A stretch of 64,000 nucleotides of DNA from contig CAWCSC010000030.1 of NCBI GenBank assembly GCA_963798065.1, positions 2,293 through 66,292 on the forward strand, in the 5' to 3' direction. Position 1 is the first letter of the stretch, and every line of letters begins with the position of its first letter. The notes under the pieces are model-generated. The model did no database searches. It saw only the letters and a program-made list of their open reading frames with translations, and had not been told where the DNA came from. This stretch comes from an uncultured Actinomycetota bacterium. Lineage in GTDB: Bacteria > Actinomycetota > Actinomycetes > Streptomycetales > Streptomycetaceae. Below, one piece after another: positions 26,126 through 35,198 of this stretch. Made by a program: the position numbers and the translations under genes.

Positions 26126-27483
26126 GAGGCCCGCTCCAGGGCGTCGGCGTAGGAGACGACCCGCGCCCCGCCGTGCCCGGCGACGTAGGCCTGCGCGGTC
26201 TCGGGCGCGACGAAGGGCAGCAGTTTGCCGCCGTCGGCCACCCACACCGCCTTGTCGGCGAACCACAGGGTGCCGGTGGTGGTGTCGGGGACATAGGCGG
26301 CGCGGACGGCGTCGCGATGCCCGGCCACGTAACGCAGCAGCAGGGAGGGGGAGTTGAAGGTGGTGGTCTTCGAGGCGCCCTTAGGCCAGGCCTCGCTCGC
26401 GGCCGGTGCGGGCTTCGCGGCGAGACGCTTGGCGTACGCCGTCGGTCCGAGGGCCTTCTTCACGTACTGGTCGTCGACGAAGGAGTCGACGTCCACGTCG
26501 CCGGTGAGCTTCGCCGACTTGAGGACCGAGACGTCCTGCTTCAGGGCGGAGACGAGCTGGGGCTTGATCGCCGGGTCGAAGGTGGCGATGCCGTGAGCGC
26601 CGTTGTAGAGGTAGACGACCTCGGCGGGCAGGCCGGTCGCCTTCGCGACCTTCTCGGCGGCGTCCACCGGGTGGTCGTTCAGGTAGTCCGTCGCCTGCGC
26701 CTGCGCCTTCAGGAACGCTTCCAGTACGGCCGGCCGCTCCTTCGCGAAGTCCTCGCGGGCGGTGACGCCGTGGAAGGTGGGCAGGTTCAGCCGGGCCCCG
26801 TCGTACAAGGCCTTCGCCTTGCCCTGGTAGGCGAGCAGGCCCGGCCAGGCGACGAACTGGGACAGCGCGTCCGTGCTGCCCGCCGTGAGGGCGGAGGCGC
26901 CGACGGAGGGCTGCTGGTTGAGCTTCTCGATGCCGCTGTTCGGGTCGATGCCGGCGCGCTGCAGGGCCCGTACGAGGGTGCCGTCGGCGGCCGAGCCGAC
27001 GCTCGTGGAGACCTTCTTGCCCTTCAGGTCCTTCAGGGAGGCGAGCTTGGAACCGGGCGTGGTGACGATGGTGTTGAGGCCGCCGCGGAGGTTGTAGCCG
27101 GTGACCGAGACCAGGCGGGTGGGGCTGTTCAGCTGCTTGCCGCGGGCCGCGTTGATGAGCAGCGGGAAGTCGCCCATCGAGCCGATGTCGATCTTCCCGG
27201 CGGTCATCTGGGCGGTGATGGGGGCGCCGGTGGCGTAGTCCTGCCAGTTCACCTTGTAGGTGACGCCGTCGTGGCGGGCGTTCAGCTGTTTCTCGAAGTA
27301 GCCGAGGGAGCGGAGCAGGGTGCCCGCCGTGACGGTGTTGATCGTCCTGGACTGGTAGCCGACGGTGACGGTGACCGTGGAGCCGCTGCCGGCCTCGGCG
27401 TCACCGCCGCAGGCGCTGAGCGGGAGCAGGAGGACGGCGGCGGATATCGCGACTGCTGTGCGTTTCAGTGTGGTTCGGGACAT
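26122..27483 (-). CDS. ABC substrate-binding lipoprotein (SsuA/TauA/NrtA-like) with NosL-like C-terminal domain
   Basis: LSAC lipobox, TVGYQ, AGKIDIGSMGDFP, LKDLKGKKV; extra C-terminal domain of about 90 aa. Confidence 0.85.
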   Translation of the reverse strand: MSRTTLKRTAVAISAAVLLLPLSACGGDAEAGSGSTVTVTVGYQSRTINTVTAGTLLRSLGYFEKQLNARHDGVTYKVNWQDYATGAPITAQMTAGKIDIGSMGDFPLLINAARGKQLNSPTRLVSVTGYNLRGGLNTIVTTPGSKLASLKDLKGKKVSTSVGSAADGTLVRALQRAGIDPNSGIEKLNQQPSVGASALTAGSTDALSQFVAWPGLLAYQGKAKALYDGARLNLPTFHGVTAREDFAKERPAVLEAFLKAQAQATDYLNDHPVDAAEKVAKATGLPAEVVYLYNGAHGIATFDPAIKPQLVSALKQDVSVLKSAKLTGDVDVDSFVDDQYVKKALGPTAYAKRLAAKPAPAASEAWPKGASKTTTFNSPSLLLRYVAGHRDAVRAAYVPDTTTGTLWFADKAVWVADGGKLLPFVAPETAQAYVAGHGGARVVSYADALERAS

Positions 27484-27498
27484 GGTGGTTGGGGCCTC

Positions 27499-27726
27499 TC
27501 ACCGGAGCAGATAGGGCATGTTGACCGTGACGGCTCCGGTGGGGCAGCGGGCCGCGCAGGGGCCGCAGTACCAGCACTCGTCGACATGCATGTAGGCCTT
27601 GCCGTTCCGCTCGTCGATGGCGAGGGAGTCCAGCGGGCACATGTCCACGCAGAGCGTGCAGCCGTCGATGCACTTCGACTCGTCGATGGTCACGGGCACG
27701 TCGGCCCGCTGGGGCGCCAAGGTCAT
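27499..27726 (-). CDS. 2x[4Fe-4S] ferredoxin, AprB-like
   Basis: CIDGCTLCVDMCP and KAY...ECWYCGPCAARCP. Confidence 0.92.
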   Translation of the reverse strand: MTLAPQRADVPVTIDESKCIDGCTLCVDMCPLDSLAIDERNGKAYMHVDECWYCGPCAARCPTGAVTVNMPYLLR

Positions 27727-27759
27727 GGCTGTCTCCAGGAATCTGCGCGAGCGGGTTGG

Positions 27760-28548
27760 TTACTGGGACCGGTGCAGCAGGCCGCTCATGGTGATGCGGT
27801 CGCCGCGGAAGCGGATGAACTCCAGGTCGACCGGGCGGCCGTCCGCGAGGTGAGTGAGGCGTTCCAGCATGAGGACGGCGGCGCCGCGCGGGGCCTCGAG
27901 CACGGCGGCCGAGTGGGTGTCCGCGCTGACCGCTTCCAGGGTGATCTCGGCGTGGCCGAGGTGTTGGCCGGTGATGGCTTCCAGGAGGCGGAAGACATCG
28001 GTGTTCTCCAGGTCGGCGCCGAGCAGTTCGGTGCCGATGTCGAGGGGGATGTAGGTGAGGTCGAGGGACAGCGGGAGGCCGTTCAGGCGGCGCAGGCGCT
28101 CGATGTAGAGGACGTCGGCGCCGGGCGCGAGGTGGAGGCGTTCGGCGACCGGCGCGGGTGCCGGGGCGGGGCCCATGGTGCGGACCTCGTTGGTGACCCG
28201 GCCGTGTTCGCGGAGGGTTTCCGCGAGGCCCATCAGGCGGTCGAGGCCGTGGGGGTACTTGTGGGCCACGACCACGGTGCCGACACCGGGCTGGCGTTCC
28301 ACGAGGTTCTCGGTCCGCAGCAGGTCGAGGGCTTCGCGAACCGTGTTGCGGCTGGCGCCGTAGTCGGTGGCGAGGGTCGACTCGTGGGGGAGGGTGCCGT
28401 CGGGGAAGGCGCCGGTGAGCAGCTGCTGGCGGAGCAGGTCCGCCAGTTGCCGGGCCCGGTCGGCGCGCAGCCGTCGCCGCGCGCGGTGGGCGGCGACGGT
28501 GGTCGCGGCTCCCTGGCCGGCGTGGTCTCGGATGCGGTCGATGGGCAT
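27760..28548 (-). CDS. GntR/HutC-family regulator with UTRA domain
   Basis: LPHESTLATDYGASRNTVREAL, RQPGVGTVV, IERLRRLNGLPL, PVDLEFIRFRGDR. Confidence 0.92.
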   Translation of the reverse strand: MPIDRIRDHAGQGAATTVAAHRARRRLRADRARQLADLLRQQLLTGAFPDGTLPHESTLATDYGASRNTVREALDLLRTENLVERQPGVGTVVVAHKYPHGLDRLMGLAETLREHGRVTNEVRTMGPAPAPAPVAERLHLAPGADVLYIERLRRLNGLPLSLDLTYIPLDIGTELLGADLENTDVFRLLEAITGQHLGHAEITLEAVSADTHSAAVLEAPRGAAVLMLERLTHLADGRPVDLEFIRFRGDRITMSGLLHRSQ

Positions 28549-28605
28549 GGCTCGGACCATACCTATCCGATAGGAAAAGTAGTGTTGCGGGAATGTTGCG
28601 CCACC
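28549..28605 (-). promoter_or_regulatory. Probable leaderless gntR promoter with operator-like repeats
   Basis: Minus strand TATGGT lies 7 nt before ATG; palindrome CCTATC-C-GATAGG at 28562-28574; TGTTGCG repeated twice. Confidence 0.45.
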
Positions 28606-28724
28606 GGGAATGTGACCGGTTCGACGGTTGAACTGCGGTTTCGGTGGGCCTGCGGGGAGATCCGCCACCACGGCCGCGGCCGGCCCATGGCGAGACCTGC
28701 CGCCCCGGCTGCCGACCGGTACGG

Positions 28725-29663
28725 CTACGACAGCGCCGTCAGCCCCGGGGCGAACGCGATCAGCAGGGGCAGCAGCGGTACGAGCGCGGCCGTGGTGGTC
28801 GTCAGGGCCCGGTGCCTGCGGCCCAGCCGGGGCGGCGGTTCCAGGAGCCGGTCGACCCGTTCGCCCAGCAGGCGGTGGCTGGAGGCGCAGGACAGGACGC
28901 CGCGGTGCTGGTTGAGCTCGATCAGGGCCAGTGCGGTGGTCAGGTGGCCGCAGCGCCGGGAGGCGGTGTCGTCGGCGGCCAGTTCGACCAGGCGGTGGGT
29001 CTGGTCGCAGAAGTGGGCGAACAGCGGGATGCGGGGGAAGCCGGTGGCCAGGGCCGTGGACAGGTGCAGCAGCCAGTCGTGGCGGGCGCGGGCGTGGCCG
29101 CGCTCGTGGGTGAGGACGGCGTCGAGCTGGTGGCCGGTGAGACGGTGCAGGGCGCCCGTGGTGACGATGAGCTGGGGCGGGTTGCCGGGCATCCACCAGG
29201 CGTCGGGGTACTCGTCCTCCAGGACCAGGAGGGGGCCGCGGGCGGGGGGCAGACCGGCCGGCAGATCGGGGGCGCGTTCGCGCAGGTGGGCGCGGGCCTG
29301 GGCGCGGCGCCGGCGCGCCTCGACGAGTTCACGCGCGAGCATCGCGGTAGTCCAGGCGGCGCCGCAGGCCAGCAGCAGGGTGAGGGTGGCGGCCCACGGC
29401 GGGGCGGTGGACAGGTCGTACGCGGCGGTCACGGCGGGCGGAGCCGGGGCGAAGAGCTGGGCGCGGACCGTGCCGAACACGGCGGCGGCGCCCAGGGCGA
29501 GAGCCGTCACGCAGCACAGCAGGACGGTGGCGACCAGGCACTGCCACACCCACAGCGCGACCACCGGTTCCCGCTCGGGCCACGCGGCCCGGGTGAGCGC
29601 ACGGGGCACGGGTACGGCGGCCGTCACGGCGACAACGCTGAGCAGGAGCAGGCAGACGGTCAT
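28725..29663 (-). CDS. M56 (BlaR1-like) membrane zinc metallopeptidase
   Basis: AVLTHERGHARARHD (HExxH), VELAADD, several TM segments. Confidence 0.88.
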   Translation of the reverse strand: MTVCLLLLSVVAVTAAVPVPRALTRAAWPEREPVVALWVWQCLVATVLLCCVTALALGAAAVFGTVRAQLFAPAPPAVTAAYDLSTAPPWAATLTLLLACGAAWTTAMLARELVEARRRRAQARAHLRERAPDLPAGLPPARGPLLVLEDEYPDAWWMPGNPPQLIVTTGALHRLTGHQLDAVLTHERGHARARHDWLLHLSTALATGFPRIPLFAHFCDQTHRLVELAADDTASRRCGHLTTALALIELNQHRGVLSCASSHRLLGERVDRLLEPPPRLGRRHRALTTTTAALVPLLPLLIAFAPGLTALS

Positions 29664-29917
29664 TGCCACGGGCTCCGGTTCCTGGTCGGAAGAGGGGCGG
29701 CTACGGGTCGTGCGGGGGAGGGCGGCTGCTGTGCGCACCGGTGACGAGGTCGAAGCACGCACCGGCGAGCGCGTCGGACGTGCCGTGCACCGCGCGCGTA
29801 CGGACACACCGCCCGACGCCCAGTATGACGGGCCGGGCGGTGTGAGTCAGGGGTCCGACGTCATCGGAAGGGCCGGGAGGGGCGACTGTCGGCCAGACTC
29901 AGGCCTTCCGGGAAGGT

Positions 29918-31135
29918 TCACTCCGCTCCCGGTACCACCCGCCCCGTCACCTCGCCCAGTCCCACCCGCACTCCGTGCGGCCCCGGGGCCCAGGCCGAGA
30001 GGGTCACCACGTCGCCGTCCTCCAGGAACGCCCGCTTGCCGTCGGGGAGTTCGAGGGCGTCGCGGCCGTTCCAGGTCAGCTCCAGCAGGGAGCCGCGCTC
30101 CCGGTCCGCCGGTCCGCTGACGGTGCCCGAGCCGTACAGGTCGCCGGTGCGCAGGGAGGCGCCGTTCACGGTCATGTGGGCCAGTTGCTGGGCGGCGGTC
30201 CAGTACATGGTCGAGAAGGGCGGCTCGGAGACGACGTGGCCGTTGACGGCGACGGTGATCCGCAGGTCGTAGCCGCAGGCTTCCTCATCGGTGTCGTCCA
30301 GGTACGGCAGCAGTTCGTGCGTCCGGGCCGGCGGGGCCACCCGGGCCTCCTCCAGGGCGTCCAGCGGGGTGATCCACGCCGACACCGACGTGGCGAAGGA
30401 CTTGCCGAGGAACGGGCCGAGGGGGACGTACTCCCAGGCCTGGATGTCGCGTGCGGACCAGTCGTTGAGCAGGCAGAGGCCGAAGACGTGCTCGCGGAAG
30501 CCTTCGAGGGACACCGGCTCGCCCATCCGGGACGGCGCGCCGACCACGAAGCCGACCTCTGCCTCGATGTCCAGGCGGACGGACGGTCCGAACACGGGCG
30601 CGGCGTCGGCGGGTGCCTTGCGCTGGCCCGACGGGCGTACGACGTCCGTGCCGGAGACGACGATCGTGCCGGCGCGGCCGTGGTAGCCGATCGGCAGGTG
30701 CTTCCAGTTGGGGGTCAGGGGGTCGGCGGCGTCGGGGCGGAAGATCTGGCCGACGTTCCGGGCGTGGTTCTCGGAGGCGTAGAAGTCGACGTAGTCCGCG
30801 ACCTCGAAGGGGAGGTGCAGGGTCACCGAGGACAGGGGGTGGAACAGCGGTTCGACGGTCTCGCGGTGGGACGGCACGGTCACCCAGGCGGTCAGCGCCC
30901 GGCGCACGTCCGACCAGGCCGTGCGGCCCGCGGCCAGCAGCGGGTTGAGGGTCGGCCGGGCGAGCAGGGCGGCGTACGGGGAGCCGAGCGCGTGGGCCGC
31001 CGCGCCGGCGTCCAGCACATGGTCGCCGAGCCGGACGCCCACGGTCCGGTGGGACGAGCCGGGGAGGGAGAACACGCCGTACGGCAGATTGTGCGGACCG
31101 AAGGGATCGCCCTCGGGGACATCGAAGGGGGGCAT
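29918..31135 (-). CDS. fahA: Fumarylacetoacetase
   Basis: FGPHNLPYGVF, DYVDFYASENHA, PIGYHGRA, NDWSARDIQAWEYVPLGPFLGKSF. Confidence 0.95.
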   Translation of the reverse strand: MPPFDVPEGDPFGPHNLPYGVFSLPGSSHRTVGVRLGDHVLDAGAAAHALGSPYAALLARPTLNPLLAAGRTAWSDVRRALTAWVTVPSHRETVEPLFHPLSSVTLHLPFEVADYVDFYASENHARNVGQIFRPDAADPLTPNWKHLPIGYHGRAGTIVVSGTDVVRPSGQRKAPADAAPVFGPSVRLDIEAEVGFVVGAPSRMGEPVSLEGFREHVFGLCLLNDWSARDIQAWEYVPLGPFLGKSFATSVSAWITPLDALEEARVAPPARTHELLPYLDDTDEEACGYDLRITVAVNGHVVSEPPFSTMYWTAAQQLAHMTVNGASLRTGDLYGSGTVSGPADRERGSLLELTWNGRDALELPDGKRAFLEDGDVVTLSAWAPGPHGVRVGLGEVTGRVVPGAE

Positions 31136-31329
31136 CGGGTGCTGCCTCGCTTTCGGGTGTGCCATGTCGTCGCCACGTGTTCGTGGTCGTGCCACACGTT
31201 ACGGGTGGCACGCCGGTCCTGGGCAGAGTCCGAGGAGGCGGATACGGGCGAACGGGGCAGGTGGGCCCGGGGGTGACCGGACGGTGAAACTCCGGCGCGG
31301 CGGACGGGACGGCCTATTCGTACGTGGCG

Positions 31330-31344
31330 GAAGTTATCCACAGG
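31330..31344. promoter_or_regulatory. DnaA-box-like element in divergent fahA/degT-like intergenic region
   Basis: GAAGTTATCCACAGG contains TTATCCACA and is the exact reverse complement of 19407-19421. Confidence 0.45.
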
Positions 31345-31445
31345 ACGCGACGCAATCTTGACGGAGCGGTGCGAACGGGGCGACTCTGGGCGGGTGCGGG
31401 AAGGCCTCGGGGAGGGGGCGTTCCCACGGCACATCAGGGGGGCGG

Positions 31446-32697
31446 ATGGCCATTGGGGAGGCCGGTCCGGGTTCGGTGCTGCGTGGTCTACGGCCGAAGA
31501 GGCTGGAAGAGACCATGCGCGCCCGGCTCGGCCGGGAATGTGTGTACGTACCGTCGTGCCGTTTCGGGCTGTACGTGGCGCTGCGCCACTGGTGCCCGCC
31601 CGGCGGCCGGGTGCTGATGTCGCCGGTCAACGACGACGTCATGTTCTTCGTCGTGCTCGCGGCCGGACTGCGTCCGGTGCAGGCACCGTTGAACCCGCTC
31701 GACGCGTCCATCGACATCGACGCCGTGCCCGACGCGACGTGGGGCTCGGTGTCGGCCGTGCTCACGACGAACCTGTACGGAAACCCGGACCCGGCGCCGC
31801 GACTGCGGCAGAAGTGCGACGCGCTCGGGAATCCCGCTGTTCGAGGACGCGGCTCATGCCATCGGCAGCCGGGTGGGGGACCGGCGCGGTCGGGCGCATG
31901 GGGCGAGGCCTCCGTGTTCAGCCTGTCCAAGCATGTGGGCGCCAAGGCCGGAGGCATGCTCTCGCTCGCCGATCCGGGGCTGCGGGACGCGGTCGAGGAG
32001 ACCTGCGCGGGGCTGCTCGCTGCCGCGCCGGATGAGCTCCGAACTCGCCTACGCGATCCGGCCGTACGCGGAGGCGACGGTGCGCGGCCTGCGGCTGCGG
32101 CGCGCCGCCTGGGCCGCGATCCGGCTGCTGGGGCTGGCGGACCGCGAGGAGATCCGGATGCCGCTGCGCCCGGACGAGCTCGCGCGGGCCGCCCGCGGGG
32201 CGCCGGGTCTCGACGCCCACCACCCGTGGGTACGGGTCGACATGCACGACTACCGTCTGGAGTCCGGCCGGCTGCGGCTGCGGCGCATCGGGCGCAAGCT
32301 CGACCGGCTGGACGAGGTGCTGGAAGCCTGCCGGGCGGGCACGGAGCTGCTGCTGTCCACACCCTGGGCCAAACCCCGCGAGAACCACGGCACACAGCCC
32401 TTGTTCCGCGTCCCGCTGTTCGTGGCGGACCGGGACGCGGCGATCGCGGCACTGGCACGGCGGGGCGTCGTCGTCGGCTACCTCTACGACCCGCCCCTGG
32501 ACGACTACGCCGGCGCGGAGTTCACCGACCTCTCGCCGGCCCCCGAGGCGGCCCGCTGGTTCGCGCGGCACGCGCTGCCCGTCGACCCGCTGCGAGCGCG
32601 GACGGTCGTCGAGGTGCTGGAGCGGTCCGGGGCCCAACCGGTCGCAGCACCGGAAGAGCTGTCCAGGAGCAGGCCGACACCGGGAGGGCTGGGTTAG
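31446..32697 (+). CDS. DegT/DnrJ/EryC1/StrS-family PLP-dependent enzyme (frameshifts near 31830-31890 and 32030)
   Basis: TTNLYGNP, EDAAHAIG (alternate frame), FSLSKH PLP lysine, C-terminal LFRVPL and ALPVDP. Confidence 0.8.
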
Positions 32698-32701
32698 TCC
32701 C

Positions 32702-35140
32702 GTGGCTGAGATCCAGGTGCACGAGCCCGCCACCACGCGCGCCGACGGGGGCGGGCCGAAGCCTGCCGACAGTGAGCACACACACGACTCGCTGTTCAAG
32801 AACGCCTACTTCCTCATGCTCAGCACCGGTGTGTCCGCCGTGCTGGGCCTGGGATTCTGGCTGGTGGCCGCCCGCTACTACTCCGAGGAGGCCGTCGGCC
32901 AGGGCTCCGCCGCCATCGCCGCGATGCGGCTGCTCGCCAGCATCACGGCGACGACGATGATCGGCGCCGTCGTCCGGTTCGTCCCGCGCGCGGGGCGGGA
33001 GACCGGGCGCCTGGTGGGGGGCACGTACGTGGCCAGTTCGCTGGTCGTGGCGCTCGCCGCCGCCGTCTTCCTGCTCACGCTCGATGCCTGGGGAGCCTCG
33101 TACGCCCCCCTGGGCACGCCCATGGCGGGCGCGGTGTTCGTCGCGGCGTGCGTGGCCTGGGCGCTGCTCACCCTCCAGGACGGGGTGCTCACCGGACTGC
33201 GCAAGGCGGAGTGGGTGCCCGCCGGGAACGCGGTGTTCTCGGTCGGGAAACTCGCCCTGCTGGCCGTCTTCGCCGGCACGCTGCCCGTCCTCGGCATCTT
33301 CGTGTCCTGGGCGGTGGCGATCGCCTTCTCCACCCTGCCGCTGGGCTGGCTGATCTTCCGCCGGCTCATCCCGCGCCAGGCGGAGGCCGACCGCGAGAAG
33401 GAGCCTCCGAAGACTCCGGGACATGGGCCGCTTCCTGGCCGGGGACTCGCTGGGCGCGCTGTTCAGCCTGGCGATGATCAACCTGCTGCCGGTGATGGTC
33501 GCGGTCCGCTTCAGCGCCGCGGAGAACGGCTACTTCTACGTGGCGTACACCGTCGGCGGCACGATGGAGTTCATGGCCATCAACATGGCCTCGTCGCTCA
33601 CCGCGCACGCCTCGCACGACCCGCGCCAACTCGCCGACGGCGTCCGGGGAGCACTGCGGCGCATGACGCTGCTGCTGGTGCCGGTCGTGCTCGTGCTGGT
33701 CGTCTTCGCCCCGTACATCCTCACGCCCTTCAGCCCGGACTACGCCGAGCACGGCTCCACCGTGCTGCGGCTGCTCGCCCTCGGCGCGCTGCCGCGGGTC
33801 GTGGTGGAGCTGTACATCGGCGTACTGCGCGTCCAGGGGCGCACGGGTGTGCTGGCCGCGCTCCAAGGCGCCATGTGCGCCCTGGTGCTGGGCAGCGCGG
33901 CCGTGCTGTTCACCCCGGCCGGGATCGCCGGCGCCGGCTGGGCGGTGCTGCTGAGCATGACGCTGATCGCCGTCGTCTCCACGGCCGGGCTGCGCGCGGC
34001 CCTGCGCCACGACGACAGCGCGCCCGCCCGGTCCCGCACGCCCGCCGCCCCCTCCTACGGCTCCTACGGCACCCGCTGGGCGCGACTGAACGCCACCGCC
34101 GGGTACGGCACGACCTGGGCCCGCCGGGCCGCGTCACCAGCCCAAGGGAGCGACGAGGACACGGTCACGCTGTTCATCGGGCGACCCGGGTACGAGCGTG
34201 AGGCGCTGCAGGCGGACACGCTGGCGCTGATCGTGCGGCCGCATCATCCGGAGCCGGGACCGGGGGAGAAGGGCGCGAGCGCCGGGAAGGCCGGTGCCGC
34301 CGGGCCGGCGGAAGCGGTCGAGGGCCGAGACGGTTCCGAGGAGGGGAGCGGGACGCTCCAGCGCGAGGGACCGGCCGGGTACGAGGCGACCGGTGGGGCG
34401 GCCTCCGCCCGGCGCGAGGAAACCGCATGGACGGAAACGGCCGAGTACGAGACCCAGGAACCGCGGCTGAGAGGCGCCCTGTGGAGCCTGCTCGGCGTCG
34501 CCACCGTCTTCTTCTGGGCGCCGCCTGCGCGGACCTGCCCTGGCTCGACGACGCCACCGAAGCGGCACTGACCGGACGTCAGCTGCTGGAGGGACTGCCG
34601 TTGCCGTCGCTCACCGCGGGGGGCCTGCTGCTCGTGGTGTTCGTAGCCGCCGTCACGCTGTGCACCCGGCGCGACCCGTGGCTGCCCGGCACGGCGTTGT
34701 ACGCCGCCCTGCTCGCCCTGTACGTCGCACCGGCGGCCCTCGGGCGGGAACCGCGGCCGGTGGACGGGGCGTTGTATGTGAAGACGGCCGGCTTCCTCGC
34801 GGACACGGTAGGGCTCGACGGGCCCGAGACGCTGCTGCGCTGGGCGCCGCCGGTCTGCCAGCTGCTGTGCCTCGTGCCGCTGTGGCCGCTGCTCGCGAGC
34901 GCGGGCGGCCGGCTGACGTGGCCGGGGCGCTGGGGGGTTCTGTATCTCGTCGCGGTCGGCGGCTGGGTGTGGCGTGAGGCGCTCGCACCGGTCGCGCCGC
35001 CCCTGCTCGTCGTCCTCGTCCTGCTCCTGCTGCTCCGCCGCGCCGCGTCGGCGTGGGTGCTCTCCCGCTCCAGTCAGACGAACCGGTCAGCGGCAGCAGC
35101 AACCGACCGGCCGACCCCAGCGACTGATCCCAGCGACTGA
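32702..35140 (+). CDS. Wzx/MOP-like polysaccharide flippase with C-terminal linker and extra membrane domain (frameshifts near 33410 and 34530)
   Basis: SLFKNAYFLMLSTGVSAVLGLGFWLVAARYYSEEAVG start, about 12 TM helices, NGYFYVAY; continuation in ORFs 33423..34571 and 34427..35140. Confidence 0.75.
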
Positions 35141-35198
35141 TCAAGCTCCAGAGTCGAACAGAGCCGAACAGAGCCGAACCGCCCAGGGGGGAACCACC

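Noticed and set aside
22643..30120. Very long + strand ORFs (1169 aa and 1315 aa)
   Set aside because: Antisense shadows of the GC-rich minus-strand operon, with no recognisable motifs
35113..35180. Short duplications (CCCAGCGACTGAT twice, GAACAGAGCC twice)
   Set aside because: Two-copy slippage at a gene end with no evidence of function
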